Below are positions 1 to 8,843 of a DNA stretch of 64,000 bases, piece by piece. Source of the DNA: an uncultured virus (IMG/VR IMGVR_UViG_3300032088_001800) (taxonomy: Duplodnaviria > Heunggongvirae > Uroviricota > Caudoviricetes); IMG/VR virus record IMGVR_UViG_3300032088_001800, positions 62,001 to 126,000 of that record; one strand, given 5' to 3'. The position numbers and the translations under genes are program-made. The notes beneath the pieces are model-generated. The model saw only the letters and a program-made list of their open reading frames with translations, ran no database searches and was not told the DNA's origin. Numbering within the stretch: position 1 is the first letter of the stretch; every line of letters begins with the position of its first letter.

Positions 1-500
1 CAATGGGAGCTTTTGCTACAGCAATGTCAGCATTTTCTGGTTCTGGCATTGAAAATGTTTCTATTCCTAAAGCACTAGTTGATCGAATGGAAGATATGGC
101 AGCAATTACAGGAACTGGATTTACAACTACAGCAGAAGGCTTAACAGCATTAACCGCAGTACCTGGACTAGCAGCTACAATAACATCACTTAATTCACTT
201 GACGCAACTGACGTTCTAACGTATAATGAAGCTATGAAAGATTTAGTTGAAGTATTAGGAGAATTAAATACCGAACTTGCTAAAGATAATCAAATTGGTT
301 TTGGTACTGGAACTAATGCAGGTGATGTTGTTAGTAAATTAGATTCAATTGGCGGATCCAGCTCAGGAAGCAATCAAGCACTGAATCAGTTAAATAGTAC
401 TATGCAGCAAGTATTAACAGTATTAGAAGAAACATACGTATTAGAAGAAAAACAAAATACAAATATCAAAGGACTAAACGGAAATTTAATCCGAGGTTAA
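1..500 (+). CDS. C-terminal fragment of a helical Ala/Thr/Gly-rich virion protein (tape-measure/baseplate-hub-like); 5' truncated
   Basis: Open from the window edge; amphipathic helical composition; lies directly upstream of the portal gene. Confidence 0.35.
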   Translation, partial: MGAFATAMSAFSGSGIENVSIPKALVDRMEDMAAITGTGFTTTAEGLTALTAVPGLAATITSLNSLDATDVLTYNEAMKDLVEVLGELNTELAKDNQIGFGTGTNAGDVVSKLDSIGGSSSGSNQALNQLNSTMQQVLTVLEETYVLEEKQNTNIKGLNGNLIRG

Positions 501-511
501 TGGAGTCATAA

Positions 512-2269
512 ATGAGTTGGAAAAAACATTTTACACCTGTCGCAACTGGTGACAATATGGGAGGCAGTTATAGTCCTCTCGGAGGTGCGTCCAACGGAAG
601 CAATCCAGGTCCTGCACGTACTAACTATTCAAGTTACTTACCAGATGTATATGTAGGAACTCCAAACAGAGTTGAACGTTATGGTCAGTACAACACAATG
701 GATCAAGATTCAGAAGTTAATGCTGCACTAGATATTCTTGCAGAATTTTGTACCCAAGAGAATAAACAAAACAAAACTCCATTTATAATGGACTTCAAAC
801 AACAAGCTACTAATTCAGAAGTTACTATTATACAACAGTACTTGCTTCAATGGTGCAAGCTACAAAACTTTGATACTAAGATGTTCCGTACAATGAGAAA
901 TATTTTTAAGTACGGAGATGCATTTTTTATTAGAGACCCAGAAACCAAACGTTGGTTCTATGTTGATCCTGCTAACGTAACAAAAATTATTGTAAATGAA
1001 TCAGAAGGCAAAGAACCTGAACAGTATGTTATTAAGAACTTTAATTTAAATTTTAAAGACGCAGTAGCAACAACTCCACACACTACAGGCGGAAACATAA
1101 GTGGCGGCGGAGCAGGTTCTTATCACCCGCAAGGCAATGCTAGAGGAATGGTAGGTCAACCGCAATCAAGTTTTACTGCAAGTAGATTTACAGAAGAAGA
1201 CGGCGAAATAACTGTTGATGCAAAACATATGGTTCATCTAAGTTTGTCAGAAGGTTTAGATCAAAACTTTCCTTTTGGTAACTCACTGCTTGAAACTATT
1301 TTTAAAGTATACAAACAAAAAGAATTACTTGAAGATGCTATTATTATCTATCGAGTACAACGTGCGCCAGAGCGCAGAGTATTCTACGTTGATGTGGGCA
1401 ACATGCCTTCACACCTTGCTATGCAGTTTGTGGAGCGTGTCAAAACGGAAATACATCAAAGACGTATCCCATCGGCGACAGGAGGCGGCACTAACGTCAT
1501 AGACAGTTCTTATAATCCTCTGTCAATTAACGAAGATTACTTTTTCCCACAAACTGCTGAAGGGCGTGGATCAAAAGTTGAAACACTACCAGGCGGTACT
1601 AACTTAGGAGAGATTGATGACCTTAGATATTTTACTAATAAGCTCGTACGCGGTTTACGAATCCCTAGTTCATACCTACCTACCGGCGCTGACGATTCAT
1701 CTGCGCAGTACAATGATGGACGAGTCGGTACTGCATACATACAAGAATTAAGATTTAATACTTACTGTGAACGTTTACAAAATCTTGTAGCTGAAGATTT
1801 TGATTTAGAATTTAAGCGTTACGTATTGGAAAAGGGTGTAAACATTGACACAGCAATGTTTGATCTAAGATTCCAACCACCGCAAAACTTTGCAGCATAT
1901 AGACAAAGTGAAATTGATAATGCACGTATTCCTACATTTACACAAATGAGTGCAATACCTTACGTTTCAAATAGATTTGCAATGAAACGTTTCTTAGGAA
2001 TGACAGACGAGGAGTTAGCAGAAAACGAACGCTTGTGGCGCGAAGAAAACGATGAAGCAATTGACCAGCCACCTACTGATGCAGGAACTGAACTAAGAAG
2101 TGCAGGAATTAGCGGAGCAGGTATGGAAGCAGACTTAGGTGCAGCAGAAGATGAATTAGACACTGGCGAAGCACCAATTGATGGCGGTGCTGGCGCAGGC
2201 CCAGAAACTGTTACAGCTGATCCAATTGGTGGAGCAGGCAATGACGCAACAACTGACCAAACTGTATAA
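512..2269 (+). CDS. gp20: T4-like portal vertex protein
   Basis: gp20 motifs LLEDAIIIYRVQRAPERRVFYVDVGNMP, EDYFFP, GRGSKVETLPGG, LGEIDDLRYF; GGAG RBS. Confidence 0.95.
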   Translation: MSWKKHFTPVATGDNMGGSYSPLGGASNGSNPGPARTNYSSYLPDVYVGTPNRVERYGQYNTMDQDSEVNAALDILAEFCTQENKQNKTPFIMDFKQQATNSEVTIIQQYLLQWCKLQNFDTKMFRTMRNIFKYGDAFFIRDPETKRWFYVDPANVTKIIVNESEGKEPEQYVIKNFNLNFKDAVATTPHTTGGNISGGGAGSYHPQGNARGMVGQPQSSFTASRFTEEDGEITVDAKHMVHLSLSEGLDQNFPFGNSLLETIFKVYKQKELLEDAIIIYRVQRAPERRVFYVDVGNMPSHLAMQFVERVKTEIHQRRIPSATGGGTNVIDSSYNPLSINEDYFFPQTAEGRGSKVETLPGGTNLGEIDDLRYFTNKLVRGLRIPSSYLPTGADDSSAQYNDGRVGTAYIQELRFNTYCERLQNLVAEDFDLEFKRYVLEKGVNIDTAMFDLRFQPPQNFAAYRQSEIDNARIPTFTQMSAIPYVSNRFAMKRFLGMTDEELAENERLWREENDEAIDQPPTDAGTELRSAGISGAGMEADLGAAEDELDTGEAPIDGGAGAGPETVTADPIGGAGNDATTDQTV

Positions 2270-2272
2270 ATA
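2265..2272 (+). promoter_or_regulatory. T4-type late promoter TATAAATA, 5 nt before ATG 2278 (leaderless)
   Basis: Exact T4 gp55 late consensus; no SD between promoter and ATG. Confidence 0.75.
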
Positions 2273-2277
2273 CTAAC

Positions 2278-2526
2278 ATGATACTTCGAGAACTATTTTA
2301 TTTTGATAAAGAAACAATTGATCCGGTAGACGATAAGTCTTATGAGCCGGAAAATGATTCATCACCTGTTAAAAAAGATGACACTCGCAAGACTAGACTT
2401 ACATTACGCCAAATCAATCGGGTTCGCAAAGCAAACGAATTACATACAGAGCAATCAAAGAATGATCTATTCTTTGTTAGACAAATGTATGGCATTGCTG
2501 CTAATGCTGAAGCCGGTGGGGTTTAA
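2278..2526 (+). CDS. Small hypothetical protein in the head module
   Basis: 82 aa ORF immediately after the portal gene; stop overlaps the next start (TAATG). Confidence 0.7.
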   Translation: MILRELFYFDKETIDPVDDKSYEPENDSSPVKKDDTRKTRLTLRQINRVRKANELHTEQSKNDLFFVRQMYGIAANAEAGGV

Positions 2527-3284
2527 TGGGTAAATTAGATAAGTCACAATACACAAAAGAGCAATGGAAAAAAATTAAAGCAGAGCGCAATGCTGCAAAG
2601 GCACGTTCACGAGCTGCTAAAGAAGTAGCAAAGAGAAATGCATTAATAGAAGCATGTGCTAAAAAAATTTCCAAAAGAATAAAAGATTCTAAATGTGCAT
2701 TTGTATTAGGCAATGGCGCAAGTAGAAAAGGAATAGATTTACATCTATTAAAAAGTGCAGGATGTGTATACGGATGTAATGCACTGTATAGAGAATTTGA
2801 ACCTGATTATCTAGTTGCTGTCGATACTAAAATGATTATTGAATTGCATAAAGCAGGGTATCAAAGAAATCACGAAGTTTGGACAAACCCAAACAAAGCG
2901 TATACTAACTATCACGGATTTAATTTTTTTCAACCTAGCAAAGGCTGGAGCAGTGGACCAACAGCATTATGGTTATCTAGTCAACATGATAACGAAGTAA
3001 TTTATATACTAGGCTTTGATTATAAAGGTCACGAAGACGGTAAACGCTTTAACAATATATACGCAGACACATTCAATTATAAAAAGAGTAATGATAGTGC
3101 AACATATTTTGGAAATTGGATGCGTCAAACTACTACTGTTATTAAAGAAAATCCTAAAAAAAGATATATAAGAGTAATAGAAGAGGAAGGATTTATTCCG
3201 CAAGATTTAAAAATCCTTCCTAATTTAGAACACATTTTTGTTAAGGATTTGTTAAAAATTCTCCAAGATCCTGATATTCTATAA
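2526..3284 (+). CDS. DUF115/MptE-like (Maf/sialyltransferase-like Rossmann fold) protein with a basic N-terminal helix
   Basis: Motifs AFVLGNGASR, VYGCNALYR, PDYLVAVD, SSGPTAL, IYILGFD. Confidence 0.6.
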   Translation: MGKLDKSQYTKEQWKKIKAERNAAKARSRAAKEVAKRNALIEACAKKISKRIKDSKCAFVLGNGASRKGIDLHLLKSAGCVYGCNALYREFEPDYLVAVDTKMIIELHKAGYQRNHEVWTNPNKAYTNYHGFNFFQPSKGWSSGPTALWLSSQHDNEVIYILGFDYKGHEDGKRFNNIYADTFNYKKSNDSATYFGNWMRQTTTVIKENPKKRYIRVIEEEGFIPQDLKILPNLEHIFVKDLLKILQDPDIL

Positions 3285-3331
3285 AAACGAGTCGTTTTGA
3301 GCCTATTTCTACGTACTTTTCTGTATAAAGA

Positions 3332-3338
3332 GTAAATA
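3332..3338 (+). promoter_or_regulatory. Late promoter variant GTAAATA for the core/protease/scaffold/capsid operon
   Basis: TAAATA core in the intergenic gap; leader has hairpin ACGCC-CTCGA-GGCGT and SD AGGAG. Confidence 0.6.
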
Positions 3339-3390
3339 TATTATGACAGCCCACGCCCTCGAGGCGTACATACATTTATAGGAGATGAAA

Positions 3391-4359
3391 ATGGCAGATC
3401 GCAGCAAATTTGAAGAAATGCTCGAGCGTCTTATCAATGAAGATAAGGATGGCGCAGAAGAGCTATTCCACGAGATTGTAGTAGAAAAATCACGTGACAT
3501 ATACAACAACCTACTAGAAGATGAAGCAGAAGTAGACGAGTCAGATGACGAAGTTGAAGAAGCTACTGACGAAGAAGTAGATGAGTCAGACGAAGATCTA
3601 GACGAAGCATCAGACGAAGAAGTTGATGAGTCAGACGAAGAAGTTGAAGAAGGTTTTGACCTTGACGAGTTCGAAGTAGAAGCTGACCCAATGGACGCAA
3701 TGATGGGCGGTGACGCAGGCGACGACATGGAAATGGATATTGACATGGGCGGCGACGACGAAGAAGGCGACGACGAAGGTGACGAAGGCGATGTTGAAGA
3801 TCGTGTTGAAGACCTAGAAGATGCGCTAGAAGATTTAAAAGCAGAGTTTGAAAAAATGATGGCAGGCGATGACGCAGGCGATGATATGGATGACGAAGGC
3901 GACGACGAAGGCGAAGAAGAAGCAATGGCTTTTGAAGCTGACGAAGAAGTCGAAGAAGCTGCTGATGAAGAAGTAGAAGAAACAACTGATGAAGAAGTAG
4001 ACGAAGCAGAAGAAGAAACTGAAGAGTCAGAAAAATCAGCTGGTGAACAAATGCGCGAATACGTAGAAAAAGTAAGCGCAACAATGGGTGACAATGGTGT
4101 TAACAACAAGTCAGCACACGCAAGCCCAAATCACATGGGAGACGGTACCTCAGCTAACATTCTAAATGGCGGCGAAGATAACGGTGGCGGTGACCATGCT
4201 GGTCTAGCAGATATTAATGCTAAAGAAGATGACGCAGGCAACATTAACAAGCCAGGCGGAAAAGCATCTAAAGCAGGAAAATCAGAGCCAGGCCACGGGG
4301 CTGAGAAAAAAGGTAAGCCCGAAGCAGCAGCTGATAAGAAATCATCTATCGGCAGCTAA
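3391..4359 (+). CDS. Highly acidic prohead core/scaffold-like protein (ATG 3391 fits the SD better than 3385)
   Basis: Extreme D/E content with repeated EEVDESD/EEVEEA units; lies between portal and protease like T4 core proteins. Confidence 0.65.
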   Translation: MADRSKFEEMLERLINEDKDGAEELFHEIVVEKSRDIYNNLLEDEAEVDESDDEVEEATDEEVDESDEDLDEASDEEVDESDEEVEEGFDLDEFEVEADPMDAMMGGDAGDDMEMDIDMGGDDEEGDDEGDEGDVEDRVEDLEDALEDLKAEFEKMMAGDDAGDDMDDEGDDEGEEEAMAFEADEEVEEAADEEVEETTDEEVDEAEEETEESEKSAGEQMREYVEKVSATMGDNGVNNKSAHASPNHMGDGTSANILNGGEDNGGGDHAGLADINAKEDDAGNINKPGGKASKAGKSEPGHGAEKKGKPEAAADKKSSIGS

Positions 4360-4377
4360 TAGAGTAAGGAACTTAAA

Positions 4378-5001
4378 ATGATGAACTTACGAGAGCATTT
4401 GACATTCGACGCAGCTAGAATGGTCGTTGAATCTGCTAATGAAGGGAAAGACCTTTATATGAAAGGTATTATGATACAGGGCGGTGTGCGTAATGCAAAC
4501 CAACGTGTATATCCTGTAAATGAAATTGGCAGGGCTGTCAAAACCCTCAATGATCAAATAACGAACGGATTTAGTGTTCTTGGCGAAGTTGATCATCCAG
4601 AAGGCCTTAACATTAACCTAGACCGTGTTAGTCATATGATATCCGAAACTTGGATGGACGATGCAAACGGTTACGGTAAACTTAAAATTTTACCAACTCC
4701 AATGGGACAACTAGTAAAGACAATGCTCGAAAGCGGCGTCAAACTAGGTGTCTCATCTAGGGGCTCTGGTAACGTTTCTGAAGACGGCAGTAACACCGTT
4801 TCAGATTTTGAAATTATCACTGTGGACGTTGTGGCTCAGCCTAGCGCCCCTGGTGCATATCCAACACCTATTTACGAACATCTAATGAATTCACGTGGCG
4901 GATATCAGGCATACGAATTAGCTCAGGCAACTAAACACGACGACAAGGCACAAAAGTATCTAAAGGAATCACTGATCAACATGATCAGTAAACTCCAATA
5001 A
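4378..5001 (+). CDS. gp21: Prohead protease
   Basis: NANQRVYP, LGEVDHP, GVKLGVSSRGSG, DVVAQPSAPGA motifs. Confidence 0.95.
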   Translation: MMNLREHLTFDAARMVVESANEGKDLYMKGIMIQGGVRNANQRVYPVNEIGRAVKTLNDQITNGFSVLGEVDHPEGLNINLDRVSHMISETWMDDANGYGKLKILPTPMGQLVKTMLESGVKLGVSSRGSGNVSEDGSNTVSDFEIITVDVVAQPSAPGAYPTPIYEHLMNSRGGYQAYELAQATKHDDKAQKYLKESLINMISKLQ

Positions 5002-5015
5002 ATTAGGAGAACGTA

Positions 5016-6125
5016 ATGATAGATGCACTGAAACACCTCTTTGAAAACGATGTAGTTTCCCAAGAGATCAGGGCTCAAATCGAAGAAGCATGGGAAGCAA
5101 AGATTCGCGAAAATAAGTTAGCTGCTACAGCTGATTTACGTGAAGAATTTGCTCAGAAGTACGAACATGACAAATCTACAATGGTTGAAGCTATTGATAG
5201 TATGTTATCTGAAAAACTTGCTGAGGAAATTCAAGAATTTGCTGAAGATCGCAAGCAACTCGCAGAAGCAAAAGCAAAATACGCTATTGCAATGCGTGAA
5301 AATGCAGATCTTCTAAAAGATTTTGTTGTAGGTCAACTACAAAGCGAAATCAAAGAACTACATGCAGACAAAGCAGCAATGCAAGAAAACTACACAAAAC
5401 TCGAAGAGTTCGTAGTCGAGTCCCTATCAAATGAAATTGCAGAATTTTATGAAGACAAAAAAGACTTAGCTGAAACAAAAGTACGTTTAGTACGTGAAGC
5501 TAAGACACACTTTGCTAAAGTCAAAAAGAACTTTATCGAAAGAAGTGCTACAGCAGTTTCTGAAATGGTTGGTAAATCACTTAAAGGTGAAATGGCAACT
5601 CTTAAAGAAGATATTGAAGCAGCACGTAGAAACGACTTTGGTCGTAAAATATTTGAAGCATTTGCAAACGAATATAGCATTTCACATTTAAATGAAAAAG
5701 GTGAAACTGCAAAGCTAATGAAAGTTGTTGAATTGAAAGATAAACAACTAGCAGAAGCAAAAGCATTTGCTACAAAAGCTAAAACACTTGCAGAAACAAC
5801 AAGCAAAGAGAAATCACGCTTAGTTGAAGCCGCAAAGCGTGAAAAAATTATGAACGATTTGATTTCGCCACTAGGCAAAGATCAAAGAGAGATTATGACA
5901 GACTTACTGGAATCTGTACAAACTGATCGTTTACGTAAACAGTTTGACAAGTATCTACCATCGGTTATCGACAGTGGAAATGCTCCAGCGAAGCAGAAGG
6001 CAGTTCTAGCAGAAGGCAAAACAATAACAGGCAACCGTGACGATGTGTCACAAACTAACGTTAGTAGAAAATCAGCAGACGATGGGAATGTCTTAGACAT
6101 CCGTCGATTGGCTGGCTTAAATTAA
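5016..6125 (+). CDS. gp22: Prohead scaffolding protein
   Basis: Long coiled-coil ORF between protease and major capsid genes; AGGAG RBS. Confidence 0.8.
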   Translation: MIDALKHLFENDVVSQEIRAQIEEAWEAKIRENKLAATADLREEFAQKYEHDKSTMVEAIDSMLSEKLAEEIQEFAEDRKQLAEAKAKYAIAMRENADLLKDFVVGQLQSEIKELHADKAAMQENYTKLEEFVVESLSNEIAEFYEDKKDLAETKVRLVREAKTHFAKVKKNFIERSATAVSEMVGKSLKGEMATLKEDIEAARRNDFGRKIFEAFANEYSISHLNEKGETAKLMKVVELKDKQLAEAKAFATKAKTLAETTSKEKSRLVEAAKREKIMNDLISPLGKDQREIMTDLLESVQTDRLRKQFDKYLPSVIDSGNAPAKQKAVLAEGKTITGNRDDVSQTNVSRKSADDGNVLDIRRLAGLN

Positions 6126-6135
6126 GGAGATAATT

Positions 6136-7308
6136 ATGTCAGAACTACTAGAAAGTCGCTGGCAGGATACCAAAACAGCTTTACTTGAAGGCCTATCAGG
6201 CAATAAAAAAGCAGTAATGGCTTCCACGCTAGAAAACACTCGCAAGTATTTGAGTGAAAGTGCAACAGCTGGTGCTACTTCCGCCGGTAACGTTGCTACT
6301 CTTAACAGAGTAATCCTACCAGTCATCAGACGTGTTATGCCAACAGTAATAGCAAATGAGCTAGTTGGTGTGCAGCCTATGACAGGTCCAGTGGGTCAAA
6401 TCCACACATTAAGAGTTCGTTATGCGGACACTTTCAACGCAGGTGCATCAGGTGCAACAGCAGGTGAAGAAGCTCTAAGCCCATTCAAAATTGCTGAATC
6501 ATATTCAGGTGCAACAGACGGCAAGGCTGCGGCAACAGCAGTACAGGAAGGACAAGCTGGAAACAGAATGTCAATCCAAATCTTGAAACAAACTGTAGAA
6601 GCAAAAACACGCAAACTAAGCGCACGTTGGACCTTCGAAGCAGCTCAAGATGCACAGTCTATGCATGGCATTGACGTTGAAGCAGAAATCATGGCAGCTC
6701 TTGCACAAGAGATTACTGCTGAGATTGACCAAGAAGTTATTGCTTCGCTACAAACACTAGCAGGCACAGCAGCTGAAACATACGACCAAGCAGCAGTATC
6801 AGGTACAGCTACTTTTGTTGGTGACGAACATGCAGCACTTGCAGTTCAAATCAACAGAGTGTCAAACTTGATTGCACAGCGTACACGCAGAGGCGCAGGT
6901 AACTATGCAGTGGTATCACCATTTGCACTAACTATCCTACAGTCTGCAACTACAAGTGCATTTGCACGTACAACTGAAGGCACATTTGAAGCACCAACTA
7001 ACACTAAAATGGTTGGTACATTGAACAATGCAATGAAAGTATATGTAAACACATACTCAGCAGATAACGCTGATGTACTAATTGGTTACAAGGGATCAAG
7101 TGAGTCAGACGCACCAGCGTTCTATTGCCCATATATCCCACTAATGTCAAGTGGTGTGGTACTAGACCCAGCATCATTCGAACCAGTCGTGAGCTTCATG
7201 ACACGTTACGGATATGTTGAGCTAACTAACACAGCTTCGTCACTAGGTAACGCAGCTGACTACTTAGGTAAAGTTGCTATTACTAATGGTAACGTTAGCT
7301 TTAGCTAA
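6136..7308 (+). CDS. gp23: Major capsid protein
   Basis: gp23 motifs GVQPMTGPVGQI, AKTRKLSARWTFEAAQD, EITAEIDQE, FYCPYIPL, FMTRYG. Confidence 0.97.
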   Translation: MSELLESRWQDTKTALLEGLSGNKKAVMASTLENTRKYLSESATAGATSAGNVATLNRVILPVIRRVMPTVIANELVGVQPMTGPVGQIHTLRVRYADTFNAGASGATAGEEALSPFKIAESYSGATDGKAAATAVQEGQAGNRMSIQILKQTVEAKTRKLSARWTFEAAQDAQSMHGIDVEAEIMAALAQEITAEIDQEVIASLQTLAGTAAETYDQAAVSGTATFVGDEHAALAVQINRVSNLIAQRTRRGAGNYAVVSPFALTILQSATTSAFARTTEGTFEAPTNTKMVGTLNNAMKVYVNTYSADNADVLIGYKGSSESDAPAFYCPYIPLMSSGVVLDPASFEPVVSFMTRYGYVELTNTASSLGNAADYLGKVAITNGNVSFS

Positions 7309-7327
7309 GTTTATATAGTAATACTAG

Positions 7328-7354
7328 AATAGGCGCTACGGCGCCTATTTTTTT
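7328..7354 (+). terminator. Rho-independent terminator after the capsid gene
   Basis: AATAGGCGC-TACG-GCGCCTATT stem with UACG tetraloop, then a T run. Confidence 0.9.
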
Positions 7355-7374
7355 GGCTAGAAATCTAAGTACTA

Positions 7375-7381
7375 CTAAATA
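7375..7381 (+). promoter_or_regulatory. Late promoter variant CTAAATA upstream of the porin-like gene
   Basis: TAAATA core between the terminator and the RBS. Confidence 0.55.
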
Positions 7382-7424
7382 CCCTGATACACATTCTTAA
7401 ACTAACATAGAAAGGTAATACACT

Positions 7425-8432
7425 ATGAAACAGATATTGATTACATTATCTGCAATATTTTCTATTATTGCAGCATCTGCTTACGCAGAAACAACAACAA
7501 CTCTTGAACAAAGAGTTGCTAACTTAGAAAAATCAGCACCTTCACTTCCGGCAGGTGTGTTTATTAACGGTGAAATTGAATTATACATTGATCCTGATAG
7601 TACAACAAATAAAACGGAAACTAATGCAGAAATATTTATAGGTCTGCAAAATGAGATCGACCATCCTGTTATTAATTGGGCAGGAGCAAGTACACGCCTT
7701 GATTCAAAATATTCTCTAAACAGAGCATTGGACAATACTATTGTTGAAAAACAATTAGGATTTGGAATTGCTGGTACAAGATTATATCTTGGCGAAACAG
7801 ATGCTCAACGTTTAGGTTTTGCAAAAACATCTAAAATTGGCGCACCATTAGTTATTACAGAGTTAAGTAGTAGAATTGACCATAATGAAAAGATTGTACT
7901 TACATTTGGTGGATGGAAAAACAACAACGAGTTTGAGTTTGACGAATATAGATTACAGCGTGATACGCCATACGGCGGAGTTGTAGCATACGATCCAAAT
8001 AATGAAGTAACATATGCAGGAGCAACAGTAAGTTTACTTGGTCTAGCTGATGTTTCTTATATGCGTATTGACAAAAAAGATGCAGTACTACAAGAAGGTT
8101 ATTCAATTGGCACTCAAGTACTTCGTAGATACGGAATACCTGTAGGACTTGGAGTTGAAGTATGGGACGATGGCAACACTGGACCATTTACTTCTGAAAG
8201 CAGAATTGACATGGGAATAATGTACAATGTCAATAAAGAATTCATGCTTACTGCACATAAAGTCAAAAATGACGATATTGGTACAGATGCAATGTACTAC
8301 GGAGCATTATATACTGTAGGCAATATCCAAACTGGATTGTATTTGCACCAAGTAGATAGAACAAACACATGGACCGGTCAAAGAACTGAATATGCTGATA
8401 GTATAAAAGCTACAATTAAATATTCTTTTTAG
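7425..8432 (+). CDS. Porin-like outer-membrane beta-barrel protein
   Basis: Sec signal peptide (..AASAYA|E), short coiled coil LEQRVANLE, alternating amphipathic strands, C-terminal SIKATIKYSF ending in Phe (BAM signal pattern). Confidence 0.7.
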   Translation: MKQILITLSAIFSIIAASAYAETTTTLEQRVANLEKSAPSLPAGVFINGEIELYIDPDSTTNKTETNAEIFIGLQNEIDHPVINWAGASTRLDSKYSLNRALDNTIVEKQLGFGIAGTRLYLGETDAQRLGFAKTSKIGAPLVITELSSRIDHNEKIVLTFGGWKNNNEFEFDEYRLQRDTPYGGVVAYDPNNEVTYAGATVSLLGLADVSYMRIDKKDAVLQEGYSIGTQVLRRYGIPVGLGVEVWDDGNTGPFTSESRIDMGIMYNVNKEFMLTAHKVKNDDIGTDAMYYGALYTVGNIQTGLYLHQVDRTNTWTGQRTEYADSIKATIKYSF

Positions 8433-8442
8433 AAAAAAAAGG

Positions 8443-8470
8443 TTGACATCTTATATATAGATGCTATTAT
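8443..8470 (+). promoter_or_regulatory. Sigma70-type promoter
   Basis: TTGACA (8443-8448), 16 nt spacer, extended -10 TGcTATTAT; A-tract upstream. Confidence 0.75.
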
Positions 8471-8476
8471 GTATAT

Positions 8477-8722
8477 ATAAGCTAGACGACGGTTTAGATT
8501 AGATAGTGCAAGGAACGGTGTTGCGTAGTGACACAACTTGGCTAGTAGCTGTAGTGGCAACATATGAGTGTAGAGATACAAAGATATGTTTTTGGAAGTA
8601 ACTATCCGATACTAGGCTCCTCCGAATTATGCGAGAGCTACTAGGAGGTTGTTGGTATTCTCAAAGTCCAACCTATCACATTATTATTAAAGGTCTACCC
8701 ACTAATGCGGTAGGCCTTTTTT
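8477..8722 (+). ncRNA. Candidate structured non-coding RNA of unknown family (~200 nt core plus terminator)
   Basis: Own promoter and terminator; no ORF with an RBS; nested helices 8502-8506/8673-8677, 8542-8550/8636-8644, 8559-8565/8584-8590, 8651-8655/8668-8672; GAGA tetraloop. Confidence 0.65.
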
Positions 8723-8727
8723 CTTTT
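8689..8727 (+). terminator. Rho-independent terminator closing the ncRNA
   Basis: AAAGGTCTACC / GGTAGGCCTTT stem followed by TTTCTTTT. Confidence 0.85.
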
Positions 8728-8741
8728 CTCTTAGACCTTTG

Positions 8742-8843
8742 ATAAATACTATTGTCAAATAGTGTGCCGCAAGGCGGACTTATGCTGTACCCACAGCGTA
8801 GCTCATAGAACGGGCATAGGACTACTTAAATAGGAGAAAACAA
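8742..8843 (+). promoter_or_regulatory. Late promoter ATAAATA (8742-8748) plus a structured 5' leader
   Basis: Hairpins GCC-GCAA-GGC, TATGCTGT-ACCC-ACAGCGTA and GCTC/GGGC before SD AGGAG. Confidence 0.6.

Noticed and set aside
3343..3381. In-frame 12-codon uORF ending in TAG just before the acidic core gene (possible readthrough or recoding)
   Set aside because: The TAG is part of SD TAGGAG; long ORFs are intact under the standard code and TAG ends the porin gene normally
3520..4030. Repeated GAAGAAGT(A/T)GA(C/T)GAG units resembling a DNA repeat array or CRISPR
   Set aside because: In-frame codon repeats for EEVDES/EEVEEA; no constant repeat with unique spacers
3309..4109. Long minus-strand Ser-rich and Leu/Arg-rich ORFs (266 aa, 173 aa)
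   Set aside because: Antisense shadows of the GAA/GAC-rich acidic core gene; low complexity, no RBS
8564..8644. 26-codon ORF MSVEIQRYVFGSNYPILGSSELCESY inside the ncRNA candidate
   Set aside because: No SD and the start lies within a predicted stem; not called as CDS, though not excluded
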